Source of the DNA: Archangiaceae bacterium
GTDB taxonomy: Bacteria; Myxococcota; Myxococcia; Myxococcales; Myxococcaceae
Assembly: GCA_043750125.1 (NCBI GenBank)
Contig: JAYVCD010000235.1
Location: 1-17,787 of the forward strand
Length of the DNA: 17,787 bases
Direction of reading: 5' to 3'
The first letter of the stretch is position 1, and each line of letters opens with the position of its first letter. This document shows, piece after piece, positions 1-7,104 of this stretch. Below the pieces are notes generated by a model. It saw only the letters and a list, made by a program, of their open reading frames with translations. It was not told the DNA's origin and did not search any database. The position numbers were made by a program, and so were the translations under genes.

Positions 1-84
1 AGGCACTCATTGCGATGATCTTCCTCTGCTGCGGCGGAATCACGCTCTCGCCGCCCCTTCCCGGAGCCACATCAACTCCATGAG

Positions 85-165
85 GTCCCGTTTTGCTGCA
101 ACACCAAATGGGACAACATTTGCGTGGGTGAGGTGGCTTCCATCTGCGGCAAGACTTGCAATTGA
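85..165 (+). pseudogene. Orphan C-terminal fragment of a Cys-rich secreted protein
   Basis: Frame +1 reads VPFCCNTKWDNICVGEVASICGKTCN-stop, which resembles the DPxCCxxxWDxxCVxEVxxxCG module of myxobacterial secreted proteins. An in-frame TGA lies at 16-18 with no start codon between it and the motif. Not in the ORF track. Confidence 0.55.
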
Positions 166-215
166 GCGGCGCGGGCAAAACAACTCGAGGGTCGTGACTT
201 CGACCTCATCGCTCT

Positions 216-1592
216 ATGCTTTCGGGCATGGCGCGTTCAGGGTTGGCGGTCCTCTTGTTGTCCGTGTTGCCGTCCTGCTCATCCACGACGGTGCCGGTGA
301 CAGACGCCGGCTTTCCCATTCGCTTCGATACTTCGAAGTGGACCGGAGTGGTCGACGACGCGACGTTGAGTTGGCTCATCGAGCTGCGCAAGGCCCAGCT
401 TGGCGAGTCGGCGGATCTCGATGGAGACGGAGTGCGCGAGTTGTTGGTCACCCATACGGCGCAGGGGACGACCCGGTGGGTCTCACAGCCCTTTCAGGTC
501 GAGTTTCGAGTCGAGCAATTTCCCGACGGCCGGCGGGTGCACGAGCTGAACTACGAGAACGCGGGGTACTTCGCTGAGAAGGCAGAGTTCGGCGTCTTGC
601 CATTCCAGGCGGTGTTTTCCTACGACAAGGACACCAACAACAAGATCGAGCGCCGCATCACCCGCAGTCTGGAGCTCGATGGCGGACTGCTGTGGGTTGA
701 AGAGGTGGACGCGAAGGAAACCGGAGTGTGGGTCGAGAGCCAGCGGTGGGCCACGCCGCAGTGGGCCGACCAGTCAGGCTCAGGGGGAGACGGCTGCGAG
801 GGGACCGCCAACATGCCCGATGGAAAGGCTGGGTTCGGCGAAAACGTGCCCGCGATCAACATCCTCGAGACGGGTGAGGCCGGCTGCAACTTCCAGCGCA
901 AGCTGAAGCTGGGCGTCGCCTTGAATTGCTTTCGCGAACGACTCAAGTGCCTCGACAAAATGAACCCCACGCTGCGCAACAACATCGCCTCGCATCTGGT
1001 CTCGGACCCGTGGGCGATGGGCTGCAGCAACACTTGTACCGGGCGGGCCGCCTCGACCCTTCCTCGGGTGGGAAGCCTGCCGGCGAAGACCAACTTTGCG
1101 CCGAGCTTCATCGACACTGCGTCTCAGAAAGACCTGTGCGCGGTCTTGATGCACGAGTCGATGCACATGGCGGAGGTGGGCTACAACCCGGTCGATCACG
1201 ACAAGAACAACGACGACGTGATCTACTCCTGCGCGCGGTATTGCGCCGGCTGCAGTACGCGCAGTCCGCGCCAGCCTCCTCCAACGCCCAACCAGGATTG
1301 CGCGGCCTGCGCTGCCAACGCGAGCAAGGCCCGGGTGTGCGGCGAAAAGAAGCAATGGCAGACCATTTCGTACACCTACGGGACGTGCGCCGGCGGGTTC
1401 GTCAACCCGCTGTGCTCCGACTGGAAGGCGCCCGTTCGCACGGACTGCAATGGCAAGAATCCGGTCGAGGATGCGGCTGCCGGCTGCTGCAACATGTGTC
1501 CGGCCAACTCGAACAACACCATCAAGCCGTGCACCAATGTGCAGATGCCGATGAGCGACAGTTGCAACATGACGGCCCCTGAATGCCTGTGA
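216..1592 (+). CDS. Cys-rich lipoprotein with HExxH zinc-metalloprotease (zincin) motif
   Basis: Signal peptide with lipobox-like VLPSC; DLDGDGVRE Ca-binding-type loop; SGSGGDG linker; LMHESMH followed by DVIYSC; 22 Cys after the linker. Alternative start is ATG 228. Confidence 0.75.
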   Translation: MLSGMARSGLAVLLLSVLPSCSSTTVPVTDAGFPIRFDTSKWTGVVDDATLSWLIELRKAQLGESADLDGDGVRELLVTHTAQGTTRWVSQPFQVEFRVEQFPDGRRVHELNYENAGYFAEKAEFGVLPFQAVFSYDKDTNNKIERRITRSLELDGGLLWVEEVDAKETGVWVESQRWATPQWADQSGSGGDGCEGTANMPDGKAGFGENVPAINILETGEAGCNFQRKLKLGVALNCFRERLKCLDKMNPTLRNNIASHLVSDPWAMGCSNTCTGRAASTLPRVGSLPAKTNFAPSFIDTASQKDLCAVLMHESMHMAEVGYNPVDHDKNNDDVIYSCARYCAGCSTRSPRQPPPTPNQDCAACAANASKARVCGEKKQWQTISYTYGTCAGGFVNPLCSDWKAPVRTDCNGKNPVEDAAAGCCNMCPANSNNTIKPCTNVQMPMSDSCNMTAPECL

Positions 1593-2314
1593 TGTTGGCG
1601 CTGTTGCTCAACAGCTGCGTGGATTTAGTGCCGGTCGTCTCTCCTCCGGTGGGAAATCTACCCGAGCAGGCGGTGCTGTACCTGCGAGCCGACACGTTCT
1701 CGTTGCTCGACATCGAGGGCGAGGCTCCCGGCACTGCCGAGCTGTTTCGAATTCGAGATGTGATCGCGGTTCGCGTCGACGCGCGGCCGGGAACGCGATT
1801 CGGGCTTGGCGCGACCGCAGGCGGAAGCCCCCGCGTCACCCGCTTTGGGCCCTATCTGGTTCACAGCGTCCCCGAGCCGCCGGCGGTACCGCCGGACTTC
1901 ACCTTCATCAATCGCAGCTGGCTCACCGAGGCGGTCTTCCTCGGCTTCGATGCCGATTTCCCCGCCTACCGAATCGAGATCAAGGCTCTCGACGGCCCGG
2001 CAGCAGGGAAAGTCGAGACCCTGGTGTTGTTGAAAGGAGAGACTTTCCTTGGTGTGAACCCCTGCCTCGGCAAGACGTACGACTGGGCTGCCACCGAGGT
2101 CGAGCTTCGGGCGGCAGGCTTTTCTCTCACCGGAAAACTCACCACCCCGGGGCCGTGGATCCATGTCCGGGCGCCGTTGGGAACCCAGGCGTCCTCGTTC
2201 GCCCACGTGATGGACTGGCTGACCGAGCGCTGGCGCGATCTGGTGGGCCTCGCGTTCGCGACCACTGCTTTGGCGGTGCTGCTGTGGCGGCGGCGCCGAC
2301 GAATCAAGAATTAA
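1592..2314 (+). CDS. Hypothetical exported protein with C-terminal TM helix and poly-Arg tail
   Basis: ATG 1592 overlaps the upstream stop (TGATG); the ORF track start at 1583 is also possible. Short hydrophobic N-terminus MLALLLNSC; C-terminus LVGLAFATTALAVLLW-RRRRR. Confidence 0.7.
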   Translation: MLALLLNSCVDLVPVVSPPVGNLPEQAVLYLRADTFSLLDIEGEAPGTAELFRIRDVIAVRVDARPGTRFGLGATAGGSPRVTRFGPYLVHSVPEPPAVPPDFTFINRSWLTEAVFLGFDADFPAYRIEIKALDGPAAGKVETLVLLKGETFLGVNPCLGKTYDWAATEVELRAAGFSLTGKLTTPGPWIHVRAPLGTQASSFAHVMDWLTERWRDLVGLAFATTALAVLLWRRRRRIKN

Positions 2315-2339
2315 CGACGGTTGCCGCGGACGCTCACGC

Positions 2340-3356
2340 TCACGCTCTACGCTTCCGCGCGATCAACAGTGAGCCCTTTTCCCGCGGCTCGAGGTCGATT
2401 CGGGTGGGCGGATTGAAACCGCTGGCTTCGAGCCACCCGGAAATTTCTTTCAAGCTGTAGGTGCAGGTAGCGGTCTCGACCAGCAGCGTCAGCCGGAATG
2501 CCGCGTCGTACAAATCCAGCGGTGAGCCGGTGAGGTACTCGTGAATCAGCAGCAGCCCGCCTGGGTTGAGCACCCGCCCCAGGTGCTGGATGACGCGCAG
2601 GTTGTCGGCGGCAGTCTGATTGTGCGCGACCGACAGATAGAAGGCCGCGTCGTAGCTTTCGCCCCAGTCGCCCTCGAGCAGGTTGCCCGGCCGCACGGTA
2701 ATGCGTGAGCTCAGGCTCGCCGCCTCGAGCGTTTGTCGGGTCTCGGTGAGCGCGCTGGGCAAATCGACGATGGTCGCGCTCAAGCCGGGGTACTTCTGGC
2801 AAAAGGCCATCGAGTGCAGGCCGTGAGATCCGCCGAGGTCGAGCAATCGCCTGGCCCCTTCCGGGAGCGGCACTTTCTCGAGCAGGTCGGGCGCGAGGTG
2901 CTGCGCGAAGACGTGCATGTAGCGCGAGAAGATCGGCCCCCAGTGCGGCCGCTCTTGCATCGATTCCCAAAGTGTCTTTTCGGGCGCCCCCTGCCGGACT
3001 GCGGCGGTCAGGTTTCCCATCAGCGACCACGACTCGGCGGTCCACAACAGGCCCGCGGTGTAGTCCATCGCTCCGTTTTGGGTGAACCAGCGGGTGGTGT
3101 GGGGCGCGTTGGAAAACCCGGCTTCCCCCACGGTGAGGTAACCCACGGCGACGAGAAAATCGGCCAGGTGACCGGCGCCAATTTCACTGGCCCCCAGCGC
3201 GCGGGCCAGCTGCGCCGTCGTCAGCGGCCCCCGAGCGAGAGCCTCGAACAGGCCCAGTTGGCCCGCAGAAATGATCGCCGCGGCTTTCATCATCGGCAGG
3301 TACACATCGACCATCGGCAGGTCGGCAGAAGCTCCGGGCCAGTCGTCCTGTTTCAC
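2340..3356 (-). CDS. Class I SAM-dependent O-methyltransferase (Methyltransf_2 type with N-terminal dimerisation domain)
   Basis: LGLFEALARGPLTTAQLARALG dimerisation helix-turn-helix; motif I LLDLGGSHG; IVDL; GNLL; SVAH; LNPGGLLLIHE. Start reassigned to GTG 3356 (or TTG 3359), just downstream of RBS GAGGAGG. Confidence 0.9.
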   Translation of the reverse strand: MKQDDWPGASADLPMVDVYLPMMKAAAIISAGQLGLFEALARGPLTTAQLARALGASEIGAGHLADFLVAVGYLTVGEAGFSNAPHTTRWFTQNGAMDYTAGLLWTAESWSLMGNLTAAVRQGAPEKTLWESMQERPHWGPIFSRYMHVFAQHLAPDLLEKVPLPEGARRLLDLGGSHGLHSMAFCQKYPGLSATIVDLPSALTETRQTLEAASLSSRITVRPGNLLEGDWGESYDAAFYLSVAHNQTAADNLRVIQHLGRVLNPGGLLLIHEYLTGSPLDLYDAAFRLTLLVETATCTYSLKEISGWLEASGFNPPTRIDLEPREKGSLLIARKRRA

Positions 3357-3574
3357 CAAATGCCTCCTCGTCGACGACGGTGCGACCCCCGGTTGAGAGT
3401 GCCGATGTCCGTGGGTGCCGATTGCACAAACGAGCTTCGAGCGAAAGAGGCAGCTCGGCTCGAAAGGCTTCCTCCCGCGGCCTTTTGCCAACTGCTGTGA
3501 TCACTGGACAGTCACTGCACCGCTTTCCGCCGCGATTTCCGCGCCCAACCCCCTGAGAACACATCAGCATCCAC

Positions 3575-3590
3575 TGGCCGCCGGTTTGCT
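3575..3590 (+). promoter_or_regulatory. Putative sigma54 (-24/-12) promoter
   Basis: TGGCCGCCGGTTTGCT matches TGGC-N7-TTGC with exact GG-N10-GC spacing, about 50 nt upstream of ATG 3642. Confidence 0.5.
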
Positions 3591-3641
3591 CTGATGTGCG
3601 CCCGACGTTCCGCCTCGGACCGTTTGAAGAAGGGGAAGAAC

Positions 3642-6600
3642 ATGAAGCTCTCCGCGGTCGGCGCTGTGCTGTTGCTCCCCACTCTGGCGTTCGCTCACGC
3701 CCACCTGCTGACGCCGGCCCCGCGAAACACCCTCGCCAACAAGGTCGGCCCCTGCGGCGTCGCGCGGACGGCGAGCTCGGTCAACTTCGCTCCCGGCGCG
3801 ACGATTACCGTCACCTGGACCGAGACGATCGATCACCCCGGCCACTACCGGATCGCGCTGAGCCCCGCCAACGACCTCGGCTTCGACGCCAACGTCCTCA
3901 AAGACAACATTCCCAACCCGACCGGAGCGCAGGCGACCAACTCCACCACCGTCACCTTGCCGACCACTCCCTGCACCCAGTGCACGCTGCAGCTGATCCA
4001 GGTGATGACGAATACCACTCCGTCTTCGAACTATTACTCGTGCACTGACATCACCATCGGCACGGTCAACACCGCCCCGACCGTCGCCACCGCCGCGAGC
4101 GCCACGCCTGCCACCGTGACCGGGACCACCGCGCAGCTGGCCGTGCTCGGCGCCGACAACGCAGGCGAGGCCGCGCTTCGATACACCTGGGCCGCCACGA
4201 CCGCTCCCGCGACGGTGAGCTTCAGCGCCAACGACACCAACGCCGCCAAGGCCACCACCGCGACCTTCACCCGGGCCGGCAATTACGTCTTCCGCGTCAC
4301 CCTCACCGATGCGGCCGGGCTCACCGTCACGTCGAACGTGAGCGTTTCGGTCACCGCGGCGCTCGGCTCAATCCTGGTCGCTCCTGCGACGGCGACCGTC
4401 GCGATGAGCGGGACCCGGCAGTTCACCTCGACCGCCTACGACCAATTCTCCGTCGCGCTCGCCACCCAGCCCACCCCGACCTGGACGGTCGCCGGCGGTG
4501 GCAGCATCGACGCCGCGGGGCTCTTTTCGGGCGGGACCGCCCCGGGAGGCCCGTTCACCGTCACCGCCTCGTCCGGCGGGAAAGTCGGGACCGCGATGGT
4601 CACCGTCACCGCGGGCAGCGCGCCCACCGTGGCGACGCCCGCCGCGGCAGCAATGCCTACCGTCACCAGCACCTCGACTGCCTTGAGCGTGCTCGGCGCG
4701 GACGATGGAACCGAAGCCGCGCTGACCTACACCTGGTCGGCTGCTTCGGGCCCCGCGCCCGTCCTCTTCGGCGCGAACGGGAACAACGCTGCCAAGAGCA
4801 CGACGGCGAGCTTCTCGAAGGCGGGCAGCTACAGCTTGAGCGTTTCGATCAAAGACGCCGCGAACCTCACCGTTACCAGCGTGGTCGGGGTGGTCGTGAA
4901 CCAGACCGCCACCGCGGTGATGGTCTCGCCGACTTCCGCCACCGTTCAACCGAGCGGCACCCGGGTGTTCGCCGCCAACGTGTCGGACCAATTCTCACTG
5001 TCCCTGGCGACCCAGCCCACGATCGTCTGGACCGTGAGCGGGGGCGGAACCATCGCTCCCAACGGAACCTTCACCGCCGCCGCCACCCCCGGCGGGCCTT
5101 TCACGGTGACCGCCACCGGCGCTGGAAAGTCGGGCACCGCCACCGTGTCGATCAACGCCGGAAATCCGCCCAGCGTCGCTACCCCTGCCGCTGCGTCGGC
5201 CGCGTCGGTCAACAGCACCACGGTCGATCTCTCGGCTCTTGGAACCGACGACAGTGGCGAGGCCGCGCTGACCTACACCTGGGCTGCGACCGCCGCTCCG
5301 GCGGCAGTCACCTTCAGCAGCAACGGCAGCAACGCAGCGAAGGCCACCACCGCGACGTTCACCAGGGCGGGCGCCTACGCGTTCGAGGTCACGATTCGCG
5401 ACGCCGCCAACTTGAGCGTCACCAGTGCCGTGTCGGTCACCGTCAACCAGGCGTTGACCACCGTCTCGGTCGCGCCGCCGACCACCAGCGTCGGGGTAGG
5501 CGGAATGCAGCCCTTCACCGCGTCGAGCTCAGACCAATTCGGAGCCGTGCTCGCCTCGCAGCCCGCGTTCAACTGGACCACCCCCAACGGCGGCGGGACC
5601 ATCAGCGCTGCGGGCTTGTTCATGGCGGCGGCCACTCCGGGCGGCCCGTACCTCGTGCGCGCAGGCAGCGGCGGCAAGGGCGGCACCGCGACGGTGATGG
5701 TCACCGCCGCGGATGCTCCGACGATCGCGCAGGCGGCCAGTGCCAGCCCGGCTGAAGTCGTCGGGAAGACCACCCAACTCACAGTCCTCGGAGCCGATGA
5801 CGGGGGCGAAGCGGCGTTGATCTACAGCTGGAAAACGCTCGTCGCTCCGGCGCTGGTGGTGTTCAGCGACGTGGGGACCAACGGCGCCAAGTCGGTCGTC
5901 GCGACGTTCGCCAAGCCGGGCCTCTACCAGTTCGAAGTGGAAATCAAAGATGCCATCGGCAACACCGCCGTCAGTGGCATCGAGGTCAACGTGCTGCAGA
6001 CCTCGACCACGATTTCGGTGACTGCGCCCAGCGCGAGCGTGGCCCTGGGTGAGACCTTGCGCTTCACCGCAGCAGGCAAGGACCAGTTCGACCAGGCCCT
6101 GAGCGCCGAGCCCGTCTACCAGTGGACCGTCAGCGGAGGCGGGTCGATTTCCGGAGCCGGCCTCTTCACTGCGGCGGCTGAAGCGGGGGGCCCCTTCACG
6201 GTCACCGCTCAAAGTGGCGCGTTGTCCGGCACTGCCCCGGTGACAGTCACCGCCGCCGTGGTCCCTGATCTGATTTTCCCCAGGGTGGCGCTCGACGCTC
6301 CCAACGCGAGCGCGAAGCTGACCGGCAAGGTCCAGCTCACCGCCACTGCCAGCGACAACGTCGGTGTGGTCGAGGTCTCGTTCTGGGTCGACGCGGCGCT
6401 GGTCGGTACCTCTGCCGCAGCGCCGTGGGCTGTGACCTGGGACAGCAAGCTCATCGCCGATGGCGAGCACGTCGTGGTGGCGATCGCCAGGGACGCCGCG
6501 GGCAACGCCACCCGGTCAGCCGCAGTTCTCTTCAAGGTCGCCAATGGCAGCGGGGGCACCTCGCACGGTTGCGCCGCGAGCGGAGGAGTTCCGTTGCTCG

Positions 6601-6818
6601 CCGCCGCACTGGGCGCGGTGATGATGCTGATGCGCCGGCGACGCAGTCAGCGTTCGATCTCGTACTCGATCGGTTTACACACCCCTCCGTTGGAACCCTC
6701 GTCCGAGCAGGCAGTCAGGCCCACGACGAGATCCATCTGGGCGATGAACCGCACCCGGGCTCCTGGTTCTGACCGGGGAGGCAGCACCCGAAGCATGGCC
6801 CGCCCGCTTTGCGCGTAG
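3642..6818 (+). CDS. Cell-surface protein: SCE4755-family polysaccharide-monooxygenase-like domain + tandem Ig/PKD-like repeats + MYXO-CTERM
   Basis: ATG 3642 follows purine-rich AAGGGGAAGAA. Signal peptide MKLSAVGAVLLLPTLAFA exposes an N-terminal His (HAHLLTPAPR..KVGPCG..WTETIDHPGHYRIAL..CTQCTLQLIQ..YYSC). Four Thr/Ala/Val-rich repeats, then an ASDNVGVVEVSFWVD bacterial Ig domain, then GCAASGG-hydrophobic-RRRR at 6567-6644. Confidence 0.85.
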   Translation: MKLSAVGAVLLLPTLAFAHAHLLTPAPRNTLANKVGPCGVARTASSVNFAPGATITVTWTETIDHPGHYRIALSPANDLGFDANVLKDNIPNPTGAQATNSTTVTLPTTPCTQCTLQLIQVMTNTTPSSNYYSCTDITIGTVNTAPTVATAASATPATVTGTTAQLAVLGADNAGEAALRYTWAATTAPATVSFSANDTNAAKATTATFTRAGNYVFRVTLTDAAGLTVTSNVSVSVTAALGSILVAPATATVAMSGTRQFTSTAYDQFSVALATQPTPTWTVAGGGSIDAAGLFSGGTAPGGPFTVTASSGGKVGTAMVTVTAGSAPTVATPAAAAMPTVTSTSTALSVLGADDGTEAALTYTWSAASGPAPVLFGANGNNAAKSTTASFSKAGSYSLSVSIKDAANLTVTSVVGVVVNQTATAVMVSPTSATVQPSGTRVFAANVSDQFSLSLATQPTIVWTVSGGGTIAPNGTFTAAATPGGPFTVTATGAGKSGTATVSINAGNPPSVATPAAASAASVNSTTVDLSALGTDDSGEAALTYTWAATAAPAAVTFSSNGSNAAKATTATFTRAGAYAFEVTIRDAANLSVTSAVSVTVNQALTTVSVAPPTTSVGVGGMQPFTASSSDQFGAVLASQPAFNWTTPNGGGTISAAGLFMAAATPGGPYLVRAGSGGKGGTATVMVTAADAPTIAQAASASPAEVVGKTTQLTVLGADDGGEAALIYSWKTLVAPALVVFSDVGTNGAKSVVATFAKPGLYQFEVEIKDAIGNTAVSGIEVNVLQTSTTISVTAPSASVALGETLRFTAAGKDQFDQALSAEPVYQWTVSGGGSISGAGLFTAAAEAGGPFTVTAQSGALSGTAPVTVTAAVVPDLIFPRVALDAPNASAKLTGKVQLTATASDNVGVVEVSFWVDAALVGTSAAAPWAVTWDSKLIADGEHVVVAIARDAAGNATRSAAVLFKVANGSGGTSHGCAASGGVPLLAAALGAVMMLMRRRRSQRSISYSIGLHTPPLEPSSEQAVRPTTRSIWAMNRTRAPGSDRGGSTRSMARPLCA
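4074..6260 (+). repeat. Four tandem coding repeats of 546/546/549 bp, each a PKD-like plus an Ig-like (Big_2-like) domain
   Basis: Units begin at 4074, 4620, 5166 and 5715. Recurring motifs include APTVA, LGADDxGEAALxYTW, NAAKxTTATF, DQF, WTVxGGGxI and GGPFTVTA. Confidence 0.9.
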
Positions 6819-7000
6819 AGCTGGTGCCCGACGCCAAAGGCAATCGTCTCGTTGTAATCAATTGAACGTCCCGACGAGAGGCCGTCCCTCAGGTTGTCGG
6901 CCGCGAAGCAGAACAAGTCAGCGACCTGCATTCCCTTCGGGTCGACGACGACCAGGCTCTGATTCGCGTGATGCAGCTCCATTCGGTCGGTGCTCAGCAA
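6647..7000 (-). pseudogene. Urea carboxylase-associated (DUF1989/YcgI-like) gene, internally deleted
   Basis: The N-half motifs VVDPKGMQVADL..LSSGRSIDYNETI..GHQLY are joined directly to the C-terminal motifs RVLPPRS..MDLVVGLTACS..SNG..KPI. The central segment (GRHD..C...C.N..FMNV) is missing; the product is 117 aa versus about 200 aa typical. Confidence 0.75.
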
Positions 7001-7007
7001 TGGGCGT

Positions 7008-7045
7008 GCCGGGTCTGTGCCTCGACCGTCCGGCCCTTCACCGGG
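7008..7045 (-). promoter_or_regulatory. Possible degenerate guanidine-III (ykkC-III)-like riboswitch or hairpin
   Basis: Minus strand CCCG-GUGAAG-GGCCGG-A-CGG-UCGAGGCACAG-ACCCGGC can be drawn as a short pseudoknot. It sits immediately 5' of the DUF1989 gene. Confidence 0.25.
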
Positions 7046-7104
7046 CGAGGCATTCGTTTTTTGCAGCTTCTACGCAATGCCTGCGCGGGTGGCGAGGCGA
7101 AGAG

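Noticed and set aside
1-83. Possible gene end (frame +3 ALIAMIFLCCGG...) or minus-strand start at 10
   Set aside because: Too little sequence to choose between the alternatives.
2331-2354. CGCTCA x3 microrepeat at convergent gene ends
   Set aside because: Too short, partly coding, and lacks a hairpin with a U-tract, so it is not called a terminator.
4074-6260. Long repeats as a possible mobile element or CRISPR array
   Set aside because: They are in-frame, diverged protein-domain repeats. No spacer/repeat array, transposase, integrase or tRNA was recognised anywhere in the window.
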